Below, in pieces: positions 55,846 to 64,000 of a stretch of DNA of 64,000 nucleotides. The notes beneath the pieces were generated by a model. The model was not told where the DNA came from. It did no database searches and saw only the letters and a program-made list of their open reading frames with translations. The first letter of the stretch is position 1; each line of letters opens with the position of its first letter. Made by a program: the position numbers and the translations under genes. This DNA comes from an uncultured virus (IMG/VR IMGVR_UViG_3300021961_000062) (Duplodnaviria; Heunggongvirae; Uroviricota; Caudoviricetes), in the IMG/VR virus record IMGVR_UViG_3300021961_000062, positions 1-64,000 of that record. One strand, written 5' to 3'.

Positions 55846-57216
55846 TTATTTTTCCGAGACAATCTCAAATTTTATGACGTTTGGATAATCAAACTCTTCG
55901 TTGTGTTTGATACCCTTTATTTCGATAAAATATTCTCTTGGTATAAGGATAGACGTATCTAACATGAAACTATTTTCATTTGTTACATCTAAGTATGTCC
56001 AATCGAATACGTTTACATTTGTGTGACCTTCTTTAATATAAATCCTGTAGAATACCTCATCAAATATTTCATTTGTTGACTTAGAAATTGTCCTAAAAAT
56101 TGCGGTTATCTTTCTTGTCTCTCCTGATTTAATTTTTTCGTTTTGTTTTATACCCGAGAATTGGACCACATATTTATTAGTCTCCTTCTGATTCTCACCT
56201 ATTGTAAATTTTGAAGAGTAAGGTTTAGGGACAAATTTTTGTGTAATATCGGGGAATGTCGTACCCTCCACGTTTATACCTTTCCACACATCATAGAAAA
56301 ATCTTTTTCCGTCACACACCAAACCGTTAATACCAAAAGTTACTCTATACACCCCTTTTCTCACCTTTTCCACTGATAGGTCAGTTAAACCACTAATTGG
56401 AGTTTGAGTGGAATCTAAGATGTCCACTGTTGGTAAGTCATCTAAATCAAAGAAGTTGGTGTCCTTGTTGACATATAAGAATAAGTTCTGATTGGTTTTT
56501 TCGATAAAATTTTCCCTGTCGTCAACTATCCTATCATTAAATATTGTTTCTAAAAATGGTTCGAAAAAAGTTTGGGTGTACTTACTGAAGAAAGCAACCG
56601 ACTGATCAACTTCTGAAGTTAGATCTTGATAAAGTGGGTCAAATGCAACACCAATACCATAATCAGTTTCTCCATTCAAGATACTGTTAATGTAGGATGT
56701 TATATCAACTTCCAAATCCTCATTACCATTATCGAAATTTTGTGTCCCAATTATAATTGGATTATTTGAATATACCCCTTCTGCGGTCCATGAATCTAAT
56801 GTGGTTCTCATAAACCAGTTCGAAGGTCTCACATCAAATGTGTTATTTCCGGTTGTATAATCGTAACCCGAATCTTCGTAATCGAAACCAACACCTTCAT
56901 CCCAATATTGTGGAATTTTAAAAACAACTAATTTGAATGATGTTGTTCTTTCTCTACCACTACCCCTTTTTGCTCCTAAGAATATTTCATCCCCAAAAAT
57001 GGTGTTAGTCATGTGAAGGACGTGTTTTGTATCTGAATTTAAAACATAAGTACCGTTTTCAATACTTGATTTTAAATCAGTTAAATCTATCTTACAAAGA
57101 AATTTGGAAAAACCCGAACCATAGAAGATCTCGGTCGAGGGGTTTTTTGCGGTATTAACCTTCAACCCCTTGATTATCGTGTTGTTTTTCTCGAAATATG
57201 AACGAAAATATGACAT
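55846..57216 (-). CDS. Putative virion structural protein
   Basis: Beta-rich 456 aa; TATTTAT 57236-57242. Confidence 0.5.
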   Translation of the reverse strand: MSYFRSYFEKNNTIIKGLKVNTAKNPSTEIFYGSGFSKFLCKIDLTDLKSSIENGTYVLNSDTKHVLHMTNTIFGDEIFLGAKRGSGRERTTSFKLVVFKIPQYWDEGVGFDYEDSGYDYTTGNNTFDVRPSNWFMRTTLDSWTAEGVYSNNPIIIGTQNFDNGNEDLEVDITSYINSILNGETDYGIGVAFDPLYQDLTSEVDQSVAFFSKYTQTFFEPFLETIFNDRIVDDRENFIEKTNQNLFLYVNKDTNFFDLDDLPTVDILDSTQTPISGLTDLSVEKVRKGVYRVTFGINGLVCDGKRFFYDVWKGINVEGTTFPDITQKFVPKPYSSKFTIGENQKETNKYVVQFSGIKQNEKIKSGETRKITAIFRTISKSTNEIFDEVFYRIYIKEGHTNVNVFDWTYLDVTNENSFMLDTSILIPREYFIEIKGIKHNEEFDYPNVIKFEIVSEK

Positions 57217-57247
57217 CTTAACTTATCTTTCTTTAATAAATATCTGA

Positions 57248-58720
57248 TTAGTTTATTCTAATCGATTTATTTAGAAGATCGTTCTCGATTGTTTTAAAAA
57301 CTTCCTGTAATTCGGAGAGGTTTGGTGTCCCATCAGGCATTGGTTCACCTGGATTGTGTGCGTGTGACCTTATAACTCTATATAGAAGTATTAATGCTTT
57401 AACTAAATTTTCACCCCTTACAGTTGAGTAAGTATTGGGTTCTATTAAAGTAAGTAGTTCTTCCTGAGTATATTCGTATTTGTTTAACTTATTAAAGGGT
57501 ACCGATTTTCCGGCAACTTGATTAGTATCACTAGATAAAAAGTAAATCTTGTCAGATGTTAGGGACCCAAAAGTCTGTTCCATATTCGAAGCAACTGTTA
57601 CCAATTGATTTTCTATTATTTCTTTAGTCACAGGTTTGGGATAATTTTCCGTAGGACTGTAATAAAGTCCTGAACCATTGTTAGACCCTGGATTTGTTGT
57701 GGGTTTTACTTCTTTTAAAAACGACTTATCAGTTAGTGTACTTACGGGTCTAAAATAAAAAGGGTGTAAGAGAGGACGAGGTAATCTTCTATTTAAAACT
57801 TTTAAACCTTTTCTATTTATTTTATCTATGGTTGTTCTAATTGTAGTATATGCGTCCTTAAAATTTCTAACAGATTCAGTATGTGTTGGGGTTACATTAG
57901 TGCCATCTAAATTTATTAATTTGATTGAATTTGAATATGATAGTAAATCTTGGGCAGTGGTGGAGGTAAACACTCTGGTATTAAACGTATCCCCATAAAC
58001 ATTTTTTACCTCATATACATACCAAAAAAGTATTGAAGGATCGGTCACGTCATCGACATCATACTCTATGATATAATTTAATTTTTTACTTGGTATTGTA
58101 GTTACTGGGGTTTTAAACTCCACATTTTCTTTTTTGGTGCTGAATTTTTTTAGGGAAAGTATTGCCCTTTTTTCGGACATTATTGGAAATGACTGTATAT
58201 CGTCTTTTTTTAATGTGTCTTTAACTAAAAACTTACCTCCTCTTAAATTTATTCCATTTTCCGTAAATAAGATGTCGGACCCATATGGTCCGTAGATTGC
58301 ATAATCTTTAAATTCTGCGATAGAACCCACAGACTCCTTTTTCTTGTATTGTCCATCACTAAAAATATCGGGAGAAGATTTGACCAGAACCCCATAGGAA
58401 GTATTCTCCACTTGTTGTGAGTTGGTTTGGGAATTAAAGTCATGAATAGTTGTGAATGGTCCTGCAATGTACTCTCTATTAAGGAGATCATTATCGGGAT
58501 CGTAGTATATGATCTTTACTGTCTGACCAACCTCGGGAACAAAATTTATATTAGTTGGTAGGAATGGTAATGCCACAAAAGGATCGTTGTTGTCCCATTT
58601 ATTATATTTAATAGCATTTTCCCTAGTGCTACTAGATTCGCCCATGACTTTGAACCTCACTCTACCAATACCCTTCGGGTCTTGATTTTCGTCAACTATG
58701 GCTAGTTTAATATAACTCAT
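57248..58720 (-). CDS. Baseplate hub/spike protein (gp5/Vgr OB-fold)
   Basis: DPKGIGRVRF...ALPFLP...VPEVGQTV OB-fold; C-terminal HAH metal-tip motif. Confidence 0.65.
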   Translation of the reverse strand: MSYIKLAIVDENQDPKGIGRVRFKVMGESSSTRENAIKYNKWDNNDPFVALPFLPTNINFVPEVGQTVKIIYYDPDNDLLNREYIAGPFTTIHDFNSQTNSQQVENTSYGVLVKSSPDIFSDGQYKKKESVGSIAEFKDYAIYGPYGSDILFTENGINLRGGKFLVKDTLKKDDIQSFPIMSEKRAILSLKKFSTKKENVEFKTPVTTIPSKKLNYIIEYDVDDVTDPSILFWYVYEVKNVYGDTFNTRVFTSTTAQDLLSYSNSIKLINLDGTNVTPTHTESVRNFKDAYTTIRTTIDKINRKGLKVLNRRLPRPLLHPFYFRPVSTLTDKSFLKEVKPTTNPGSNNGSGLYYSPTENYPKPVTKEIIENQLVTVASNMEQTFGSLTSDKIYFLSSDTNQVAGKSVPFNKLNKYEYTQEELLTLIEPNTYSTVRGENLVKALILLYRVIRSHAHNPGEPMPDGTPNLSELQEVFKTIENDLLNKSIRIN

Positions 58721-58920
58721 TTCTTACCGTACCTATTACCTAACTCTTTGTTAATTTTATTATATGATGTCTCCACCGCGTCCAAATATTTAGTCAATTC
58801 TAAAATACTTGATTTAGTTTTCTCAAACTCGGTAGTTAGAAATTCCATACACTCAGTCAAGTCTTTGTTATTTTTAACTTCGGGATTGTTTACTATGTCT
58901 AAAATTTTATTTGGTTCCAT
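58717..58920 (-). CDS. Small coiled-coil protein
   Basis: Coupled ORF in the late operon. Confidence 0.5.
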   Translation of the reverse strand: MEPNKILDIVNNPEVKNNKDLTECMEFLTTEFEKTKSSILELTKYLDAVETSYNKINKELGNRYGKK

Positions 58921-58921
58921 C

Positions 58922-60817
58922 TTAGAATACTTTACCCGAACTGTTTAAAATTCCTGGAGGAATAGTTAATGGTCCCGCAGGTGTCGGAATGGTTATTTTT
59001 TTATTACTAACTTTTACAAATGAGTTTGTATCGCTCTCTTCGGAAATACCCTCAATTACTGACTTCATCATCAACAAATATTTGTTAGGTTCTCCGTATA
59101 TGGTACCCGTATTAAGTCCTAATTGGGATGCCCTTTCTGCTGAATTCATGTATGCCCTATCCGCACTATAACCAGGTAATATATCGGCAAAACCTAATAT
59201 AAAACCAGGTACATTGATTTTACCACCCGGTAAATTCAGAGCACCTTTAATTGCTCCTATAATTGCTAAAAATATTTCTAAACAACTTTTAAAACCAACG
59301 GTCAGTAATTTTCTAAGTAAGTCAATTATTGCGGTTAAAATTCTTACAAAATGTTTATACTTATTTTTTAATATTTTCATTCCCACGTTGGCAACAAAAT
59401 CGAGAAGATCTTTCTTAATAAATTTCCAAAATTCAGTCAAGAATTTCCAAAAAACTTCTTTGATAATTGTATGAACCAGTTTATAAAGTTTCTTCATTAA
59501 TTCCTTTATGTCAAGTATAACACCTTTTAGTTGTTTATATGCAACCACTAAAGGATAGAAAACCTTAGGAGATAAAACCGACGAAACCAAAGCTTTAGGA
59601 ACGTTTAAAATAAACATATTTAGTAATTCTAAATTTATGTTATCAAACATGTTTTGGTTGTCACTTTGTATTGCGGCATTTAATGCGACCGAGTCCAAAG
59701 TATCATCAACTAAATTTGATAAGTTACCATCTGAGAGAAAAACAAAGTCTTCAAATGAAGTTTGGGGAGAGGGAATTTCAAAATTACCACAGTCCTTGAA
59801 TCTTAGAACTTTTCTATATCTATCATCTTCATCATCTATGTCGATCCCTTCCACATCATCAAAATCAAAGTACGATTGAATGTCGGAATCATTCTCGGAA
59901 AATTGTTGACTGGTGGTTTGTATTAAACCACTATCTTCCATTGGGGATCCGCAAAGTTTAAAAAGTTTGGAACATAGTCTGTTTAAGTATGCCATTGCTT
60001 TATCAAAGGATTCAGGATTCTCACCATCCCCTTGTAACGTCATTAACATGGCGGTTTTAATAATATATTCTATTTTGGGAGTCTCAATACTATCGTAGTA
60101 GTCCTCCATAAATTCACCAACCTTTACTGCCGCAATACCTTGTTTTAATCCACTCACTTGGTATTCTTGGTTTCCACTATCCCACGATAGTGAAAATAGG
60201 TTTTTACCTGATTTACTACTAAATGTGTAGTTATTAGAGAAAGCATTATAGAGTTCTCTATTCATTTTAATATCTCCAGATGAGGGACTCTCCTCCTCAT
60301 ACATTATCATACCGATAGATGATGAAGGGTCATTTTGTAAAACGTTTAAGAAGTCAAATTCTTTTGGAGAGATAGTCATACTATCTTGTGGCATCTCAGT
60401 ATCTACACCACAAATACTTGAATCTGAATCAACGAATAAGACTTTTTTTACACTTTCTTTTACAATGTTTTTAGAATCTTTTACAGTTATCGATGCCGAC
60501 TCTAAAGCGTATTTTTTTAATTTTCTACCCGATAATAATTTTTCATTATCGTTTAATTGTATCTTATTTGATCTAGTGGTTAAAAAATCGTTAGCGATAT
60601 CAATTATGGAACCAAAAATATCTTCCTTATTATCTTTTTTTCTTTTGAGTTTACTCTTTAACCCCTCTATAGAATCTGATATTTTCTTATCTATCTCAGC
60701 GTCTTTAAGGTATAGGTCATAGAGGTTGTCAGAAGCCTTTGACGGATCGTCATTAATCTTCTTAACAATTTCAAGTTTTGACTTGATCTCACCTCTTAAC
60801 TTTTTAACCTTACTCAT
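58922..60817 (-). CDS. Large hypothetical structural protein
   Basis: 631 aa in the operon with the spike gene. Confidence 0.5.
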   Translation of the reverse strand: MSKVKKLRGEIKSKLEIVKKINDDPSKASDNLYDLYLKDAEIDKKISDSIEGLKSKLKRKKDNKEDIFGSIIDIANDFLTTRSNKIQLNDNEKLLSGRKLKKYALESASITVKDSKNIVKESVKKVLFVDSDSSICGVDTEMPQDSMTISPKEFDFLNVLQNDPSSSIGMIMYEEESPSSGDIKMNRELYNAFSNNYTFSSKSGKNLFSLSWDSGNQEYQVSGLKQGIAAVKVGEFMEDYYDSIETPKIEYIIKTAMLMTLQGDGENPESFDKAMAYLNRLCSKLFKLCGSPMEDSGLIQTTSQQFSENDSDIQSYFDFDDVEGIDIDDEDDRYRKVLRFKDCGNFEIPSPQTSFEDFVFLSDGNLSNLVDDTLDSVALNAAIQSDNQNMFDNINLELLNMFILNVPKALVSSVLSPKVFYPLVVAYKQLKGVILDIKELMKKLYKLVHTIIKEVFWKFLTEFWKFIKKDLLDFVANVGMKILKNKYKHFVRILTAIIDLLRKLLTVGFKSCLEIFLAIIGAIKGALNLPGGKINVPGFILGFADILPGYSADRAYMNSAERASQLGLNTGTIYGEPNKYLLMMKSVIEGISEESDTNSFVKVSNKKITIPTPAGPLTIPPGILNSSGKVF

Positions 60818-61197
60818 TACATTTGATATTTTTGGGATCCACTTCCTTGTGGTTCATCATCTTCCTTCATAAGTTTCTCCAATAACTGTCTGTCTTCTTC
60901 AGTTAGATCTAATTTTCCTCCGTTTTGGATTTGTCCACCTCCACTTTGTTTTAATAATACACTTTGTAGTTTTACTAAGGAGATTTTCTTTTCGGTACAA
61001 TCATTAAGAATTTTTTGTTGTTCTTTAATCACGGGACCAATAACACTCATGTCTTCGGCCTCCTTCATAAAACTCAACATCTTCTTGGTTATTAAATTGG
61101 CGGTTTGCTTCTGCTCCACAATATCATTGTAGATTTCCTGCATTAAAGAGAGTGCAGAATCAGTATCTAATGATAATAAATTTGTCTTTCTTCTCAT
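60817..61197 (-). CDS. Hypothetical late protein
   Basis: TATTTAT 4 nt upstream (61202-61208). Confidence 0.55.
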   Translation of the reverse strand: MRRKTNLLSLDTDSALSLMQEIYNDIVEQKQTANLITKKMLSFMKEAEDMSVIGPVIKEQQKILNDCTEKKISLVKLQSVLLKQSGGGQIQNGGKLDLTEEDRQLLEKLMKEDDEPQGSGSQKYQM

Positions 61198-61216
61198 ACC
61201 TATAAATAGATTGTTT

Positions 61217-61918
61217 CTAATTATTTATGAAATCCAACTTTAACAACTCATAAAGTTTTTTATACTTTTTCATCGCTACACGGATCTCTTTAGTACTTAA
61301 AGAAGTCATCTCTCTAAGAGATAATAGTATTAAATTCTTATTGAATTTATTACCGTCACCTTGTTGGAAAATCTTATCGAAGTTTGAAAAGACCTCGATA
61401 AGGGCGTATCCCAATTTTTTTTCATTATCATTAAGATCTTCATTTTCCACAAAATTTTCTAACTCTGTGGTGAGTTTAATAACAATGTTTTTATAGTCTA
61501 ACTCCTCTTCATCTATAACATATGAGAGGTCGGCACGATCCTCCAATCGTGTTGAGATGTCTTCATATGAAACGGATCTATTTGTTTCTTTTACATCTTT
61601 TTGTATGGTACCCATAAGATAGTTCTTACAGATTGTACCAAAATAGGAGTATGCTTTATAGTTTTTCGTAGTATCAAACTTACTGATCTTAGTCATCAAG
61701 AATGACATAGTATCAGTGTGAATTTCTTCAAACTCGTAATCTTTCCTATAAAGTTTATAACGGCGGATTATACTTTCCACCATTATTGTGAGAGGTTCTT
61801 CTAAATATTCTCTGAATATCTTATTCTTTTCGTCTTCGTTTTCGGATTCTAAGTATCGTACTACCGCTTGTTCTTGCTCCTCCCCAAAATACATTTTTTG
61901 GGTGCGTTTTCTCGGCAT
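61217..61918 (-). CDS. Phage sigma factor, T4 gp55-like (late transcription)
   Basis: Region-2-like KISKFD...KAYSYFGTICKN. Confidence 0.7.
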   Translation of the reverse strand: MPRKRTQKMYFGEEQEQAVVRYLESENEDEKNKIFREYLEEPLTIMVESIIRRYKLYRKDYEFEEIHTDTMSFLMTKISKFDTTKNYKAYSYFGTICKNYLMGTIQKDVKETNRSVSYEDISTRLEDRADLSYVIDEEELDYKNIVIKLTTELENFVENEDLNDNEKKLGYALIEVFSNFDKIFQQGDGNKFNKNLILLSLREMTSLSTKEIRVAMKKYKKLYELLKLDFINN

Positions 61919-62703
61919 TAACTTTCAGCGTATTCAATATCTCGTTTAGTCTTAAAGAAGAATTCTTTTTTGGCTGTTTCTAACCAAAATTTAGGTTCTT
62001 CAGAAGATAGTTTTAAATTTTCATCGTTTTTATATGACCAAAACAACGAACCTTCTCTAAAGTTGACGTGTCTGTACCCAACTTGTGGGATAACGGCAAC
62101 CTTGACACCATTGTGAGTTAACCTTAATAAAAACTCATAACTAAATGTCAGTTTAATGTTTTCTTTAAAAGACCCATTCTCTTTGATCACATCTGTTTTA
62201 TAGAGACCTCCACTAGTTTGGTAGTTTTGGTAATCTAATAAAACCTCATTATCTATAATACCTTGTTTTTCACTAAACCCGTAAGCCCACACAGACTCGT
62301 TAGTGAAACTAGTCATTTTACCCTCAACGTTAACATCCTTAACAATTGGTAAGAATACGTCTGCGTCCTCAAACATTTCTCTATAGTTTGTAAATGATTT
62401 TAACCAATTTGATGTATACTCATCATCTACTTCTAAAATTGAAAACCATTCGGTTTTACAACTATTGATTCCAAGATTTACTTGAGAACAAAAATCGGTA
62501 GGACCGGTGTTAATTGTGAATTCAATGTCTAACTTATCTGTAAGACCTCCTCTGGTGAGATCCCCGATTGCGTTTGATGGACCAACTATTTGGAGTATCA
62601 CGTCATCGTGGAACTGTTCCACAGAAGAAATTGCTCTATTTAACATCTCCTGATATTCTCCTTCAAGAGTATGTATTGGTAATATTATTGTTATATTTTT
62701 CAT
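61918..62703 (-). CDS. Glycosyltransferase family 2
   Basis: ITIILPIH, NLGI...EWFSILEVDD, EFLLRL. Confidence 0.8.
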   Translation of the reverse strand: MKNITIILPIHTLEGEYQEMLNRAISSVEQFHDDVILQIVGPSNAIGDLTRGGLTDKLDIEFTINTGPTDFCSQVNLGINSCKTEWFSILEVDDEYTSNWLKSFTNYREMFEDADVFLPIVKDVNVEGKMTSFTNESVWAYGFSEKQGIIDNEVLLDYQNYQTSGGLYKTDVIKENGSFKENIKLTFSYEFLLRLTHNGVKVAVIPQVGYRHVNFREGSLFWSYKNDENLKLSSEEPKFWLETAKKEFFFKTKRDIEYAES

Positions 62704-63770
62704 ACGTTTACTTCCTCTTTTAATTTATTCAAAACATTCTCAATTGATGTTACTCTACTATTTCTAAAAGAGTTGAAAATTGAGATTATATTTTGATCTA
62801 TTACATCTTCGGCATAAGGAATAAGAGTTTCTTTCATTTTTTCCTTAACCTCGTCGTTAATGGTGATTCCTTCTAACCAAGCTAAAACATATGTTCCCAT
62901 GAATTCGACAATTTTACTTAAATCATAGGACCATAAACCATTTTCATTAACCCAGTCTGGTTCCGTATTAGGGACCTTACCAATGACAGGTACTTCACAT
63001 TTCATCGATTCTAAAGGAAACGTACCAAACGTAGACTCCTCATCCAACCAAACAGAACAAATACATTCTTTTAGTTGGTCGGCAAATTCCGTGTAAGGCA
63101 TCTGTACCATATCTTTAAAAGTAATCCACCTTAATTGTGGGTACTTTAAATAAAATTCAGATATAACTCTTCTGTGTTGTCCCCTATCTCTAGCACTAAT
63201 GGCTATAAATGGTTTTGTTGGTGTTTCTGACGGCTTAAAGATATCCCCTATTTTGGGTGGATTGACAAAGATGAAAGATTCGGGGAATACTGATTTAATA
63301 TATTCTTTGGATCTCTCTGTAGTCGTGATAACCTTATCAAAACCATAATCACTCCATCTACTACCAACAGGTAACGTTTCAAAAATATACTCTGTTTGTT
63401 GTACTAACATGATCTTAGTACATTTTATATTAGATAGTTGTTCTAAAACATTAGAATAATACTCAGGTACAACAATAACATCGTCAATACCCATCTCAAG
63501 TTTATCCTCTTTTATAGTAACAACAGGAATATCATTATATGTATCACCCATCCAAGCTCTTACACCTGAATAGTTCTTATCCTCAACAAGGATTTTCGCA
63601 TCTATACCATACTCTCTTAGGGTTTTCACAGAGTCATATATGTATTTGATTGCGGCCCTGGCATTTCCTTTCGTATCATATGTTAGGAAATAAATTTTGT
63701 ATTCATTACTGTTTAATCTAGAGAGGGCATTCTCTAATTTTGTAATGTTTTCTTGTGTTTTATCACTCAT
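62700..63770 (-). CDS. GT-B fold glycosyltransferase-like protein
   Basis: IVVPE; ESTFGTFPLESMKCEVPVI resembles the GT4 E-x7-E motif. Confidence 0.65.
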   Translation of the reverse strand: MSDKTQENITKLENALSRLNSNEYKIYFLTYDTKGNARAAIKYIYDSVKTLREYGIDAKILVEDKNYSGVRAWMGDTYNDIPVVTIKEDKLEMGIDDVIVVPEYYSNVLEQLSNIKCTKIMLVQQTEYIFETLPVGSRWSDYGFDKVITTTERSKEYIKSVFPESFIFVNPPKIGDIFKPSETPTKPFIAISARDRGQHRRVISEFYLKYPQLRWITFKDMVQMPYTEFADQLKECICSVWLDEESTFGTFPLESMKCEVPVIGKVPNTEPDWVNENGLWSYDLSKIVEFMGTYVLAWLEGITINDEVKEKMKETLIPYAEDVIDQNIISIFNSFRNSRVTSIENVLNKLKEEVNV

Positions 63771-64000
63771 CGTATTTTCTTAAAATTCCGTATTTTATTA
63801 GCGTGTTAAATGAAAACTTAAACGGGATTGATAACTCGTTCGTTAACAACCCCAATCCATTATCATCTTGAGCACCTTCAGTTAATAATGTGTCTAAACA
63901 TTGTTTAATGGTGTCATATTTAAACACATTTATTGATTGTTCCACTTGTTGTGGTTTTTCATCATCATTTGCTATCGGTTCGACAGTCATTTCACAACTT
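63763..64000 (-). CDS. Hypothetical protein, possibly truncated by the window edge
   Basis: Frame is open to the window end. Confidence 0.45.
   Translation of the reverse strand, partial: SCEMTVEPIANDDEKPQQVEQSINVFKYDTIKQCLDTLLTEGAQDDNGLGLLTNELSIPFKFSFNTLIKYGILRKYDE

Overview
This is a 64-kb AT-rich segment of a large lytic phage with T4-like head genes, read in the standard genetic code. The host is almost certainly a Bacteroidota (probably Flavobacteriia) bacterium: there are TAnnTTTG promoters, SD-less A-rich starts, a TonB-dependent receptor and a flavobacterial-type bS21. The window holds the head module (terminase, portal, prohead protease, scaffold, major capsid), a gp55-like late sigma factor and putative baseplate genes. 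It also holds lysis genes, ClpC/Hsp20, a two-component system, a glycosyl/methyl/carbamoyl-transferase cluster, a tmRNA and a tRNA array. Observations the ORF track does not explain: (1) a late-promoter RNA at 30.7 kb with a 12-nt perfect complement of the Bacteroidota 16S anti-SD and no start codon behind it, plus a second late RNA at 36.9 kb that can pair with it and bury that SD, in a genome that also encodes the anti-SD-sequestering protein bS21; (2) five architecturally abnormal tRNA-like RNAs and a hairpin RNA among eight normal tRNAs; (3) a TATTTAT late promoter lying only 4-5 nt before the ATG in 11 genes, implying leaderless mRNAs; (4) a shared N-terminal peptide on unrelated late proteins, a likely capsid-targeting signal; (5) an atypical tmRNA tag. 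All calls come from reading motifs by eye; no database searches or folding programs were run.
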